A program made the position numbers and the translations under genes. 64,000 nucleotides of DNA from Acidobacteria bacterium RIFCSPLOWO2_12_FULL_68_19 (GTDB taxonomy: Bacteria > Acidobacteriota > Vicinamibacteria > Vicinamibacterales > UBA2999). Positions 48,737 to 59,007 of this stretch are shown piece after piece. The notes beneath the pieces were generated by a model. The model searched no databases, was not told where the DNA came from, and saw only the letters and a program-made list of their open reading frames with translations. The stretch is from NCBI GenBank assembly GCA_001767525.1, contig MELF01000046.1, forward strand, positions 22,811 through 86,810, given 5' to 3'. How positions within the stretch are numbered: the first letter of the stretch is position 1; each line of letters begins with the position of its first letter.

Positions 48737-49731
48737 CGCGAGGCGAGCAGACGCGCGGCCTCGCGGGCGTAGTAGGTGATGATGATGTCGGCGCCCGCCC
48801 GGCGGATCGCCGTCAGCGTCTCCATCATCGCGCGCCGTTCATCGATCCAGCCGTTGGCCGCCGCGGCCTTCAGCATGGCGTACTCGCCGCTCACGTGGTA
48901 GGCGGCGGTCGGCTGATTGAAGCGCTGCTTCACCCGGGTGATGACGTCGAGGTAGGTGAGGGCAGGCTTCACCATGACGATGTCGGCCCCCTCGGCCAGA
49001 TCCAGCTCCACCTCGCGGAGCGCCTCGTCCACATTGGCGGGATCCATCTGGTGGCTCCGTCGATCGCCGAACTGCGGCGCCGAATCGGCGGCCTCGCGAA
49101 ACGGACCATAGAACGCCGAGCAGTACTTCGCGGCATACGACATGATGCCGACGCGTTCGAAGCCGCGCTCGTCGAGCCCCTGCCGGATCGCCGCCACGCG
49201 GCCGTCCATCATATCCGACGGTGCGACGAAGTCGGCTCCAGCCACCGCGTGCGACAGCGCGACCTGCACGAGCTCGGCGACCGTCGCGTCGTTGACGATC
49301 TCCTCGCCGTCGAGAATCCCGCAGTGGCCGTGCGAGGTGTACTCACACAGGCACACGTCGGTGACGACGACGGCCGTCGGCACCTCCCGTTTGATGCCGC
49401 GGGCGGCGCTCTGCACCGGCCCCTCGGGGTCGGAGGCGAGCGTCCCCGTCGCGTCCTTCGTCGGCGGCAGGCCGAAGAGCAGCACGCCCGGCACGCCGTC
49501 GCCGTGCGCGGCCGCCGCCTCCCTGATCGCCTCGTCCACCGACAGCTGCTGCACGCCCGGCATCGACGGGATATCGCGGCGTACGCCGCGCCCGTCGCAG
49601 ACGAACAGTGGATAGATGAAGCAGTCGGGGCGGAGGTGCGTCTCGCGCACGAAGCCGCGGATGGCCTCCGTGCGCCGCAGCCGCCGCGGCCGGCGGGCCA
49701 GCGTCAGGCGGGTCGCGGTCTTTACGGCCAT
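48733..49731 (-). CDS. hemB: Porphobilinogen synthase
   Basis: [42 protein letters not shown]. Confidence 0.96.
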   Translation of the reverse strand: MAVKTATRLTLARRPRRLRRTEAIRGFVRETHLRPDCFIYPLFVCDGRGVRRDIPSMPGVQQLSVDEAIREAAAAHGDGVPGVLLFGLPPTKDATGTLASDPEGPVQSAARGIKREVPTAVVVTDVCLCEYTSHGHCGILDGEEIVNDATVAELVQVALSHAVAGADFVAPSDMMDGRVAAIRQGLDERGFERVGIMSYAAKYCSAFYGPFREAADSAPQFGDRRSHQMDPANVDEALREVELDLAEGADIVMVKPALTYLDVITRVKQRFNQPTAAYHVSGEYAMLKAAAANGWIDERRAMMETLTAIRRAGADIIITYYAREAARLLASR

Positions 49732-49768
49732 GGGTGTGATCTTGCCATGGAAGGACACGAAAGATGCG

Positions 49769-51319
49769 CTAGTCGGTCTTCGTACTCTCGAGCGTGCTGC
49801 AATGCGCGGCAATCGCGTCCACCAGCGCCGGGATCGTCGATTCCGGCGGCTGCACCGCGACCGGGACGCCCATCTGCCGGACCGCCTCCGCCGTCGTCGG
49901 GCCGATGACGGCCACGACGGTATGTGTCAGCAGATCGGCCGCCTGTTCCGCCCCGTAGATCCGCGCGAAGCCGCGCACGGCCGACGCGCTCGTGAACGTT
50001 ACGACATCGATGCCCCCCTGGAGGAGCATCCCGTAGACGTCCGGTCCCTGCTCCGGCAGTGCGTCCTCGAGCACCGTGCGATACGCCACGACATCGGTCA
50101 CGATCGCGCCGGCGCGGCGGAGTTCGTCGGCGATCACCTCGCGCCCGATGTCGGCGCGCGGCAGCAGCACTCGCAGTCCCTCCAATCGTCCCGTCCCGGC
50201 GAGCGCCCTGACGACTCCCTCCGCGCGGAACTCGTCCGGAATCAGATCGACCCTGACGCCGTACCGCGCCAGCTTGTCCGCGGTGGCCGGTCCCACCGTG
50301 CAGAGCCTCGGTCCGCTGAGCGCGCGCACGTCGCGGCCGCCCTCGAGCACCGCCTGCATGAACGCATCGACCGCGTTGGCGCTGGTCAAGACGATCCAAT
50401 CGAACGCGGCGGGCGTCGCGGCAGCCGCGAGCAGCGGCCCGCGGTCCTCCGGCGGCACGATCCGGATGACCGGCGCCTCGATCGGCTCGGCCCCGAGCGC
50501 CGCGAGCCGATCGACCAGCTCGCCCGCCTGCTCGCGCGTCCTGGTGACGAGCACGCGCCGGCCGAACAGCGGCCGCGCGTCGAACCAGCGGAGGTGCTCG
50601 CGCAGGGCGGTGACGCGCCCGACGACCAGCATGGCGGCGGCGCGCCGGCGGGCGTCGTGGACGACGCGGGCAAGCTCCGCGATCGTGCCGGAGAGCGTCT
50701 CCTGGTTCGGAAGCGTGCCGTTGTAGATGACGACGGCCTGCGTATCGGCAGGCCAGCCGCCGGCGCGCATGGCGTCGAGAATCCGGGGCAGCTGGTGGGC
50801 GCCGGCGTAGCACACGACGGTTCCATCGAGCCGCGCGAGGCTCGCCCAGTCGATCGTGGGCGGCGTGCGGCTCTCGTCCTCGTAGCCGCGAACGAGCGTG
50901 ATGGTGTCGCCCGCCCCCGGATAGCTCACCGGCACGCCGGCGTATGCGGGAACCCCCGTGCCGGCCGGAATGCCGGGAACGACCTCGAACGGGACGCGCT
51001 GCTCGTGGAGCAACAGCGCCTCTTCGCCGGCCCGGTCGAACACGAACGGGTCGCCCCACTTGAGGCGCGCGACCATCCGGCCCTCACGCGCCTTCTCGAC
51101 GAGCAGATAGCTGATCGCGTCCTGCGCCATCGGCTGCGGCGCAGCCGTGCCGACGTCGATGAGCTCGGCGCCTGCGCGCGCGTAGGAGAGCAGCCGCCGC
51201 GGAATCAGGTGGTCGTAGACGACGACGTCGGCGGCGCGGAGACATTCGAGCCCGTAGACGGTGATGAGGCGCGGATCGCCCGGGCCGGCGCCGATGATGT
51301 AGACGGCCGGGCGTTTCAT
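49769..51319 (-). CDS. Uroporphyrinogen-III methyltransferase / synthase fusion (CobA-HemD)
   Basis: [22 protein letters not shown]; then [28 protein letters not shown]. Confidence 0.9.
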   Translation of the reverse strand: MKRPAVYIIGAGPGDPRLITVYGLECLRAADVVVYDHLIPRRLLSYARAGAELIDVGTAAPQPMAQDAISYLLVEKAREGRMVARLKWGDPFVFDRAGEEALLLHEQRVPFEVVPGIPAGTGVPAYAGVPVSYPGAGDTITLVRGYEDESRTPPTIDWASLARLDGTVVCYAGAHQLPRILDAMRAGGWPADTQAVVIYNGTLPNQETLSGTIAELARVVHDARRRAAAMLVVGRVTALREHLRWFDARPLFGRRVLVTRTREQAGELVDRLAALGAEPIEAPVIRIVPPEDRGPLLAAAATPAAFDWIVLTSANAVDAFMQAVLEGGRDVRALSGPRLCTVGPATADKLARYGVRVDLIPDEFRAEGVVRALAGTGRLEGLRVLLPRADIGREVIADELRRAGAIVTDVVAYRTVLEDALPEQGPDVYGMLLQGGIDVVTFTSASAVRGFARIYGAEQAADLLTHTVVAVIGPTTAEAVRQMGVPVAVQPPESTIPALVDAIAAHCSTLESTKTD

Positions 51320-52287
51320 GGCTGGAGGCCTTCGACGGCGGCACGCGCCCGCTCCACCTCGGACAGGATGTCGGCGGCGCCGCCTGTGAGGAGCCGTTCG
51401 GCCGCCCGTGCACCGACGCGCCAGGCGTCCGCCATCGGCCCGGCCGCTTCGGCGCGCACCGCCCGCGCCCCGTCGAGCGAGACGACAATCGCGGTGAGCG
51501 ACAACCGGTCGCCAGCCGCCGTGGCGTGCGCCCCGATTGGCATCTGGCACCCGCCGCCCAGGCGGGTGACCACGGCCCGTTCGGCCGTCAGGGCGGCCGA
51601 GGCGGCAGGGTCGTCAATCCGATGGACGAGGTCTCGAACGGCGGCATCGCTCGTCCGGATCTCGACGGCGATGATCCCCTGTCCCGGCGCCGGCACGCAC
51701 GCTTCCGGCGGCAGCGGCGTCGAGATGCGGTCCGCGTGTCCGAGCCGCCGGAGGCCGGCAGAGGCCAGCACGAGTGCGTCGAAATCGCCGCCATCGAGCT
51801 TCCGCAGACGCGTGTCGAGGTTTCCGCGGACCGGTTCGAACCGTGCGGTCGGAAAGAGGCGCGAGAGCTGCGCGGTGCGCCGCACGCTGCTCGTGCCGAT
51901 CCGCGGCGCGTCGCCGAGGCGGCGTGCGGCCTCATCGAGCGAGGCGCTGGTGCCCGAAGGGAGGACGATCGCGTCGCGGGCGTCCTCGCGTGGCAGGACG
52001 GCGCCGACGGTCAGCCCCGCCGGCAGCTCGGCTGGCATGTCCTTGCTGCTGTGTACCGCGAAATCGATCGAGCCGGCGAGCAGCGCATCCTCGATTTCCT
52101 TGACGAAGAGCCGTTTGCCACCGATCCGTGCCAGCCGAACCTCGGCGAGCCGATCACCGGAGGTCCTGATGACGACGATCTCGCACGACACGCCGGCGCG
52201 CGCCCGGAGCAAGTCGGCGACGGCGTTGGCCTGAAAGAGCGCGAGCGGGCTGCCGCGCGTGCCGAGCCGCAGAGATCGGTCGTTCAC
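51316..52287 (-). CDS. hemC: Hydroxymethylbilane synthase
   Basis: GTRGSPLAL.Q, LFVKEIE, AVHSSKD, GTSSVRR, RGNLDTRL, PAPGQG, GGGCQ. Confidence 0.96.
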   Translation of the reverse strand: MNDRSLRLGTRGSPLALFQANAVADLLRARAGVSCEIVVIRTSGDRLAEVRLARIGGKRLFVKEIEDALLAGSIDFAVHSSKDMPAELPAGLTVGAVLPREDARDAIVLPSGTSASLDEAARRLGDAPRIGTSSVRRTAQLSRLFPTARFEPVRGNLDTRLRKLDGGDFDALVLASAGLRRLGHADRISTPLPPEACVPAPGQGIIAVEIRTSDAAVRDLVHRIDDPAASAALTAERAVVTRLGGGCQMPIGAHATAAGDRLSLTAIVVSLDGARAVRAEAAGPMADAWRVGARAAERLLTGGAADILSEVERARAAVEGLQP

Positions 52288-52427
52288 GCTTCTATGTTCT
52301 CACTTCTTGGTTCGTGTTCTGGTTCGGCGTTCCCTGTTCGGAGTTCTGGGTTCGGAACTCTCGAGTACGGAACGCAAGGCGAACCGGAACACGAACCGAA
52401 ACGAGAGAAGGCAGGAGGGTGAACGCC
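52279..52427. mobile_element. MITE-like palindromic element (short form of the 33278 element)
   Basis: Starts gtcgttcacgcttct...ggttcgtgttc and ends gaacacgaac...gtgaacg, as at 33291/33664. Confidence 0.7.
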
Positions 52428-52430
52428 GGC

Positions 52431-53768
52431 CTACTTCGACCGCGACCGGTCGGTCGGAAACGGCTCGGCGGCGGGAGCGGCGCTGGCGGCGGCGTCGTCC
52501 GGCGTCTGGCTGAGGCGGAAGAGGCGGTTGACGGCTTCGGTGTAGGCGGCCTGGGTCTCCTCGTCCGGCAAGGCCTTCAGCTGCTCGGTGGGCTCGAGCA
52601 GCAGCTTCTCGACGATGAGGCGCGTCACCTCTTCGACGCGCGTGCGCGCTTCGGGCGTCAGCCCCGAGAGCCTCGGGTCGAGGCGCTGCAGCTCCGAGCG
52701 GCGGATCTCGTCGAATCGCTGCCGGAGGGCCACCACGGTCGGAACGGCGCGGCGAGACCGCTGCCAGGCGGTGAACCGCGCGAGCTCCTCGGCGACGATC
52801 GTTTCGGCGCGGGCGATTTCGGCTGTGCGGCGTGCGAGGTTCTCCTGAACGATGTTCTGGAGGTCGTCGACGTTGTAGAGAAAGACCTGTTCAATCTCGC
52901 CGACCGACGCATCGACGTCGCGCGGGACGGCGATGTCGATGATGAACAGCGGGTAGGGGCGCCGGCGCCCGGTGGCCGCCTCGACGTCGGCGCGCGTGAT
53001 GATTGGCCGCTGCGACCCGGTCGCCGTGATGACGATGTCGGCGTGGACGATCGCCGTGGTCATGTCGCCCCACGGCACGGCGCGCCCGCCGACCTCGCCC
53101 GCGAGCGCGGCCGCATGGGCTGCCGTGCGGCTGGTGATGACGATTTCGGCCACGCCGTGGGTTCGCAGGTGCTGCGCGGTCAGCGCGCTGATCTCGCCGG
53201 CCCCGACCACCAGCACGTGGCGTCCCTGCAGCCGGCCGAAGATCTTCCGCGCCAGGGCGACCGCGGCGAAGCTGACCGACACCGCGCCCTCGCCGAGCGC
53301 CGTTTCGGTGCGCACGCGCTTGCCGACGCCGAACGCCGAGTGGAACGTCTTGTTCAGGAGCGGCCCCGTGCAGTGCCGCTCCGCCGCCACCTGGAACGCG
53401 TCCTTGACCTGTCCGAGAATCTGCGGCTCACCGACGACGAGCGAGTCGAGGCCGGCGGCCACGCGGAACAGGTGATGCGCGGCCGCGGCGTCGTCGTAGG
53501 TGAAGACGTGCGGGAGGAAGGCGTCGCGGGGCAGCTCGTGGTAGTCGCTGAGGAACGCGACGAGTTCCCCGCGCACCCGGGTCGGATCCGCGGTGGCGGC
53601 GTAGATCTCGGACCGGTTGCACGTCGAGAGGACGACCGATTCGGCAGCCGACGACCGGGCGGCCAGCGCCTCGACGGCCGCGCCGACGTCGCGGCTGGAG
53701 AAGTCGAGCCGCTCCCGCATGTCGACGGGCGCCGTCCGATGACTCACGCCAAGGAGGAAGAGGTGCAC
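52431..53768 (-). CDS. hemA: Glutamyl-tRNA reductase
   Basis: GVSHRTAPV, STCNRSE, HLFRVAAGLDS.VVGEPQILGQ, GAGE, DIAVPRD. Confidence 0.96.
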   Translation of the reverse strand: MHLFLLGVSHRTAPVDMRERLDFSSRDVGAAVEALAARSSAAESVVLSTCNRSEIYAATADPTRVRGELVAFLSDYHELPRDAFLPHVFTYDDAAAAHHLFRVAAGLDSLVVGEPQILGQVKDAFQVAAERHCTGPLLNKTFHSAFGVGKRVRTETALGEGAVSVSFAAVALARKIFGRLQGRHVLVVGAGEISALTAQHLRTHGVAEIVITSRTAAHAAALAGEVGGRAVPWGDMTTAIVHADIVITATGSQRPIITRADVEAATGRRRPYPLFIIDIAVPRDVDASVGEIEQVFLYNVDDLQNIVQENLARRTAEIARAETIVAEELARFTAWQRSRRAVPTVVALRQRFDEIRRSELQRLDPRLSGLTPEARTRVEEVTRLIVEKLLLEPTEQLKALPDEETQAAYTEAVNRLFRLSQTPDDAAASAAPAAEPFPTDRSRSK

Positions 53769-53798
53769 GACCGGTGCCTCACGCCCCTTTGTCCGCGC

Positions 53799-53868
53799 CG
53801 GGCCACGGAGACGTGGAGATCCAGAGGCCCGATAACTGCGCTCTGTCTCTCTGTCTCTCCTGCGCCCG
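53799..53868. repeat. CACAGAG-family degenerate palindrome
   Basis: cgggccacggagacgtggagatccagag...ctctgtctctctgtctctcctgcgcccg; related to 23968 and to the half copy at 13168. Confidence 0.55.
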
Positions 53869-53894
53869 TGGAGGTGAAGCACGCATCGTCGTTC

Positions 53895-54719
53895 CTAGAA
53901 CGTGTGGCTCGTGGTCACGAAGTAATTGATCGGCAGGAAATTGAGCAGCACGATCGCGAAGCCGAGCGCCGAGAGCCGCGCCGCGCGCCGTCCGCCCCAG
54001 CCCATCGCGCGCCGCGCGACGATGGCGAACGAGTAGACGCCCCATGTCAGGACCGCGAAGAAGATCTTCGGGTCGTTCAGCGCCATCGCCTGCAAGTTGG
54101 GGTCGTTCGGGACGAGGGCGCGCACCTGCGCGGTCCACGTCGCGCCGACGACGACCCCGACCGTCAGGCACAGCCAGCCGATCGCGACGGCGCGCTCGTT
54201 CATCACGTCGAGCGTCTGCAGCGAGGGCAGCCGGGTGTAGAAGTAGCCGAGGTGCTTCTTCTTGATCTCCTTGAACTGGACGATGTAGGTGAGGCCCAGC
54301 ACGCTGGCCAGCGCGAAGCTCGCGTATGCGAAGAGGAGGGAGGAGACGTGCACCCAGAACCACGGGCTGTCGAGCAGCGGATCGATGCGTTCGACGCCCG
54401 GCGACACCGTCGGTATCGTCTGCAGGCCGACGAGCATCGGCACGATGAAGACGCCCATCGCGCGCTCGTCCGTCGTGATCTCGAGGTACAGGTACGAGAG
54501 CGCGAGCAGCCACACGAATGTCGAGGTGGCGCTCGAGGCGTTGGCGAACGGCACGTGCCGCACTTCCATCGTCTGCATCCCGATGACGAAGGTGTGGGAG
54601 AGCGCCGCGAACACCAGCAGCGTCGTGGCGAGGCGGCCCGCCTGCGGCTGCCGCCGCGCGAAGTGCGCGGCGTAGGCGACGGCCGCCGCGGCGTACAGGA
54701 TCAGGGGAAGGAGGTTCAA
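53895..54719 (-). CDS. Cytochrome c assembly-family membrane protein (CcsA/HemX-like)
   Basis: 8 TM segments; WVHV, LPSLQTLD, DPK, GWGGRRAA; upstream of hemA. Confidence 0.85.
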   Translation of the reverse strand: MNLLPLILYAAAAVAYAAHFARRQPQAGRLATTLLVFAALSHTFVIGMQTMEVRHVPFANASSATSTFVWLLALSYLYLEITTDERAMGVFIVPMLVGLQTIPTVSPGVERIDPLLDSPWFWVHVSSLLFAYASFALASVLGLTYIVQFKEIKKKHLGYFYTRLPSLQTLDVMNERAVAIGWLCLTVGVVVGATWTAQVRALVPNDPNLQAMALNDPKIFFAVLTWGVYSFAIVARRAMGWGGRRAARLSALGFAIVLLNFLPINYFVTTSHTF

Positions 54720-55639
54720 CGGCCTGGGGCGTAGTAGCCCCTCTTGGTTCGCGCCATCGTGCCGGCCCGCGCCACCTGCACGACAATCCGACGGAACGCG
54801 CCGTCGCTGCGCGGGTTCTTCGACGTGTAGCCGATCGTGTACTGGCTCGCGAGCTCGTCCGCGATCTGCCCGTAGACGCCGTTCAGGTCCTCGATTCGCA
54901 ACGGGAAGAACGCCCGCCCGCCCGTCTCCTGTGCCAGCTGCCGCATGACGAACTCCGCCTCCCGGAAGCCGCGCGAGCTGGAATCGCTGCCGCGGAGCGC
55001 GATCGTGTAGATGGAGGTTTCCGACCGCTTCGCGAGCTCGAGCACTTCCTCGAACGAGACGAGGCTCGAGGTGTCCTCCCCGTCCGAAAAGACGATGAGC
55101 GCCTGGCGGCGGACGTCCTCTTCGTGCAGCGCCTTGACCTTGCCGAGCTCCTTGAGCGACACGTAGATCGCGTTGTGGAGCGACGTGGAGCCGCCGGAGA
55201 CGGTCTGGAGGATCGCGGTCTGCAGCTCGGTTTGGTTCGACGTGAACGTCTGCCGGATCGAGACGCGGCTGTCGAAGTCGATGATCTGCGCCAGGTCGTT
55301 CGGCTTGAGCCGCTTGACGAAGTTCCCGGCGGCCGCCTGCAGCAGCTGCAGCTTGTCCTCCATGCTCGCGCTGCTGTCGAGCAGCAGCGACAGCGCGATC
55401 GGCTGCGGCCGACGCGTGAAGAAGACAAGCTCCTGCTTGACGCCGTCTTCGAAGACCGAGAAGTCGGACTGTTCCAGGTCCGTGACGTAGCGGCTCGTCC
55501 CGTCGACGACCGTGACGTTCAGCGACACGATGTCGATGGTCGACCGGAACTGCGGCCTCTGCTGCGCGCCCGACGACGCCGGCGCCGCCAGGGCGTACGC
55601 CAGCAGACCGATCGCCGTGACGAGGACCACTCGCTTCAC
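54716..55639 (-). CDS. VWA-domain protein (acidobacterial VWFA type)
   Basis: DFSVFEDG, LLLDSSASM MIDAS motif, GSTSL, SDGED, ETGG, QYTIGY, GYYA. Confidence 0.88.
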   Translation of the reverse strand: MKRVVLVTAIGLLAYALAAPASSGAQQRPQFRSTIDIVSLNVTVVDGTSRYVTDLEQSDFSVFEDGVKQELVFFTRRPQPIALSLLLDSSASMEDKLQLLQAAAGNFVKRLKPNDLAQIIDFDSRVSIRQTFTSNQTELQTAILQTVSGGSTSLHNAIYVSLKELGKVKALHEEDVRRQALIVFSDGEDTSSLVSFEEVLELAKRSETSIYTIALRGSDSSSRGFREAEFVMRQLAQETGGRAFFPLRIEDLNGVYGQIADELASQYTIGYTSKNPRSDGAFRRIVVQVARAGTMARTKRGYYAPGR

Positions 55640-55640
55640 T

Positions 55641-56540
55641 TCACGCTCCTGTCTGTCCGCGCATCGGCGTCCCCCGCATCGTCACCGCGGGGCGGGCCGA
55701 CCGTACCTCGATCTTATCCGGTGGGATGAGCGATTCAGGCCGACCGTAGACCACCTTGTACTGGGAGGTCAGCTCCCGGGCAAGCCTCAGCAGGGCCTGC
55801 TCGACGGCCGTTTCGGCCAGCAGGGTGACGTGCTGCCCACCGGTGTCGCGCGTCCCGGCGTCGAGGACGATGGCGCGCTCCCGCTCCTCGGTGGTGCCGA
55901 TCGGGAGCTGCCCGACCACGACGGCGTGCAGCGCCGCGCCGGCGCCGCGAAGGGCGGTAATCACGTCCCGAGCGTAGCGGTTCGTGAACTCGACTCCGTT
56001 GGTGACGACCGGGACGACCACGGCCCGCGGCGCCTCGCGCCGGCGCAGCCCGGTCGAGACCTCCAGGAGCGCGTCGAGCAGCGTCATGCCGCTGTCGTTC
56101 ATGGCGAACAGGCGGCCCGTGCCCTGCACGAGCCGCTCGGCGCTCGAGGTGTAGTCGACGAGGATCGTCGGCCGGTCGGCGAGCGTGACGAGGGCAATCT
56201 GGTTGCCCACCGCCATCTGCGTGACGAAGCGGCGCACGCCGTCGCGGATGGACGAGATCGCCCGCTCGGCCGACGCGCTGTTGTCGATGAGCAGCGCGAT
56301 GTCGATCGGCTCGATCGCCGGCGAGACGCGCAGCACCTCCCGGCGCCGGCCGTCCTCGCTCACGATGAAATCCGACGGGCCGAGGCCGTCGACCGGGTTG
56401 CCGCGGGTGTCGACGGCGCTGACGAAGATCGTCCGCTCGCGAACGCCGGCCTGCGCGAGGAGATCGCGCGCGCCGGAGGCGACAGCCAACGCCGCCAGAG
56501 CCGGTACGAGCGCCAGGCGGAACGAGAAGGCGGCGCGCAT
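55641..56540 (-). CDS. VWA-like protein
   Basis: DFIVSEDG, LIDNSAS, TGG, QYKVVY; signal peptide. Confidence 0.75.
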   Translation of the reverse strand: MRAAFSFRLALVPALAALAVASGARDLLAQAGVRERTIFVSAVDTRGNPVDGLGPSDFIVSEDGRRREVLRVSPAIEPIDIALLIDNSASAERAISSIRDGVRRFVTQMAVGNQIALVTLADRPTILVDYTSSAERLVQGTGRLFAMNDSGMTLLDALLEVSTGLRRREAPRAVVVPVVTNGVEFTNRYARDVITALRGAGAALHAVVVGQLPIGTTEERERAIVLDAGTRDTGGQHVTLLAETAVEQALLRLARELTSQYKVVYGRPESLIPPDKIEVRSARPAVTMRGTPMRGQTGA

Positions 56541-56612
56541 GGTCCCTCCTGGGCGGGAGTATAGTCCCCCGCGCATTGCCACTGTCAATCTACGTCTGCT
56601 ACGATTGATTGT

Positions 56613-56882
56613 TTGTTTGGGTCCAGGAAAGACCGGCGTGCGGCGCCTCCGCCAAGCCTCGTGTCGGCCAGCAGCCTGAAGGCGCTGCAGACGAACATCG
56701 TCAAGTCGGGGCCGGCGGCGACGGTCAGCTACACGCTCATTGGTGCCATCGTCCTGCTCGGCGGCATCGGGTACGTGATCGACGAGTGGCGCGGCACCTC
56801 TCCCTGGTTTCTGATCGGGGGTCTGTTGCTCGGGCTCATCGTCGGCTTCTACGAGCTGGCGAAGGCGCTGTGGCGGTCATGA
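56613..56882 (+). CDS. AtpZ/AtpQ-like small ATP synthase accessory protein
   Basis: GGIGYVIDEWRGTSPWFLIGGLLLG motif; first gene of the atp cluster; TACGAT 7 nt upstream of the TTG. Confidence 0.78.
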   Translation: MFGSRKDRRAAPPPSLVSASSLKALQTNIVKSGPAATVSYTLIGAIVLLGGIGYVIDEWRGTSPWFLIGGLLLGLIVGFYELAKALWRS

Positions 56883-57313
56883 GGCCGCTCTGGTGGATGG
56901 CGGGCGCCGCGCTGCTGTCGTCACTGGCGGTCGCCGCCGCGCCCGGCGTCGAGAGCGATCGTGAAGTGCTGCTGGGCATGCTGGCGCCGCTCGGGGGCGC
57001 GGCAGCGACGTGGATCCTCGTGGTGCGGACCTACGCCGCCCGTCCGAACGCGCTGACCCAGGCGATGATCGCGGCGTTCGGCGGCAAGCTGGTGTTCTTC
57101 GGAGCGTACGTAACGATCGTGCTGAAGGTCCTCGAGGCCCGGCCGCTGCCGTTCGTCATCAGCTTCACCACGTATTTCATCGGGTTGCACCTGGCCGAGG
57201 CGCTGTCGCTGCAGCGCTTCTTCGCCGGGAAGACGCCGGGTCCGCTCCGCGGAAGCCGGCCCACGACGGGGTCCCCATCGCGCCTGCGCGACGGGGTGTC
57301 ATACGACGGGTGA
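56879..57313 (+). CDS. AtpI-like membrane protein
   Basis: 4 TM helices between atpZ and atpB; repeat-derived C-terminal tail. Confidence 0.68.
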   Translation: MRPLWWMAGAALLSSLAVAAAPGVESDREVLLGMLAPLGGAAATWILVVRTYAARPNALTQAMIAAFGGKLVFFGAYVTIVLKVLEARPLPFVISFTTYFIGLHLAEALSLQRFFAGKTPGPLRGSRPTTGSPSRLRDGVSYDG

Positions 57314-58242
57314 ACGTGCAGACCGAGATTCAGGAACACGCGGCCGAGGCGGCGGCGGAGGGGTTCAACGCCGGCGCGGTGATCATCGAGCACGTCGCCA
57401 ACAGCCCGATCGCTCACCCGCTCGTCCATCTGCCCACGATCGCGGGCATCGACTTCTCGATCACCAAGCATGTCTTCATGCTCTGGGTGGTGGCTGCGAT
57501 CGTGTTCGTCGTCGTCACCACGGCCGTGCGGCGCTACCTCGGGCAGGACCGGCTCGTGCCGTCGGGCTTCATGAACGCGCTCGAGGCGACCGTCGAGTTC
57601 ATCCGCGACAACGTCGTCCGGCCGAGTGTCGGCGACAGATGGACTCCCACGTGGATGCCGCTGGTGCTGACGCTCTTCGTCTTCATCCTCACGGCCAATG
57701 CGATCGGGCTCGTTCCGGTGTTCGAGGTGCTGGGGCTCTTCAACCACTGGGTGCTGCATGCGGGCGAGGAGTCGTTCTTCGCGCGGCTGCTGCACGGCGG
57801 CTCGACGGCGACGTCGAACTTCAACGTGACCGCGGCGCTCGCGGTGATCACGTTCTTCGCGATCATCGTGGCCGGCTCGAAGGCGCACGGCGCGGTGCAG
57901 CACTGGAAGAACATGGTGCCGCACGGCGTGTCGCCCTTTCTCGCCGTGGCGCTCATCCCGATCGAGATTCTCGGCATGCTCGTGCGTCCCTTCGCGCTGA
58001 CGATGCGACTGGCGGCGAACATGACGGGCGGCCACATCGCGATTCTGGCGATCCTGTCGTTCGTCTTCATCTTCACGGAGATGGCGGGTTCGCTCGTCGG
58101 GATGGGCGTCGGTGTCGTCTTCGCCGTGCCGCTCGCGGTCGGGATCACGGCGCTCGAGATCATCGTGGTCCTGGTTCAGGCATACGTCTTCACGCTCTTG
58201 ACGGCCGTGTTCATCGGCATGGCCATTCACGCGCACCACTAA
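57310..58242 (+). CDS. atpB: ATP synthase Fo subunit a
   Basis: SITKHV, ATSNFNVT, RPFALTMRLAANM..GH, VQAYVF. Confidence 0.94.
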   Translation: MNVQTEIQEHAAEAAAEGFNAGAVIIEHVANSPIAHPLVHLPTIAGIDFSITKHVFMLWVVAAIVFVVVTTAVRRYLGQDRLVPSGFMNALEATVEFIRDNVVRPSVGDRWTPTWMPLVLTLFVFILTANAIGLVPVFEVLGLFNHWVLHAGEESFFARLLHGGSTATSNFNVTAALAVITFFAIIVAGSKAHGAVQHWKNMVPHGVSPFLAVALIPIEILGMLVRPFALTMRLAANMTGGHIAILAILSFVFIFTEMAGSLVGMGVGVVFAVPLAVGITALEIIVVLVQAYVFTLLTAVFIGMAIHAHH

Positions 58243-58269
58243 AACGACACGCTTACAGAGGAGAACGGA

Positions 58270-58497
58270 ATGGAATTTCTTCTGCACTACATGGGTGCCG
58301 GCATCGGCCTCGGACTGGCCGTCATCGGTGCCGGGCTCGGGATCGGCCGCCTTGCGGCGGGCATGGCGGAGGGGATCGCCCGGCAGCCGAGCGCCGTGGC
58401 GCAGATCACCGGCGCGGTGAACCTCCCCCTCTTCCTGCTCGAAGGCGTTGCGATTCTGGCCGAGGTGTTCTGCCTGCTGATCGTTCTCCTGAGGTAG
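58270..58497 (+). CDS. atpE: ATP synthase Fo subunit c
   Basis: GxGxG stripe, ARQP loop, conserved Glu (LLEGV). Confidence 0.92.
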   Translation: MEFLLHYMGAGIGLGLAVIGAGLGIGRLAAGMAEGIARQPSAVAQITGAVNLPLFLLEGVAILAEVFCLLIVLLR

Positions 58498-58500
58498 GCG

Positions 58501-59007
58501 ATGGACAACCCGCTCGTCCAGCCCGATCCCGGCCTCTTCATCTGGACGATTCTGACTTTCCTCGTGCTGGTGGGGCTGCTCGCGCGCTTCGCGTGGCGCC
58601 CGCTGATGGAGGCGCTCGAGCGGCGGCACGAGACGATCGCCAGGTCGCTCGAGGACGCGCGGCGCGCCCAGCAGGAGCTCGAGCGCCTGCAGCGGGAGTC
58701 GGCGCAGATGATGGCGAGCGCCCGGGCGGAGGCCGAGTCGATCGTCTCGAGGAGCCGGTCCGACGCCGAGGCGCTCCGGGAGGAGCTGAAACAGAAGGCG
58801 CGGACCGAGGCGGCCGCCATCGTCCGCAACGCCGAGCGGCAGATCCAGCTCGAGACCGCGCGCGCCGTGCAGCAGATCCGCCAGGAGGCCGTCGATCTGT
58901 CGGTGGCGATCGCCTCGAAGATCCTGCAACGGCAGGTGTCGAAGGAAGACAACGAAGGACTGATTGAAGAGACGCTGAAACAGGTCGAGACCCGCCGCCA
59001 CGTGTGA
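58501..59007 (+). CDS. atpF: ATP synthase Fo subunit b
   Basis: PGLFIWT..F TM helix, AWRPL..LERR, coiled coil. Confidence 0.92.
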   Translation: MDNPLVQPDPGLFIWTILTFLVLVGLLARFAWRPLMEALERRHETIARSLEDARRAQQELERLQRESAQMMASARAEAESIVSRSRSDAEALREELKQKARTEAAAIVRNAERQIQLETARAVQQIRQEAVDLSVAIASKILQRQVSKEDNEGLIEETLKQVETRRHV

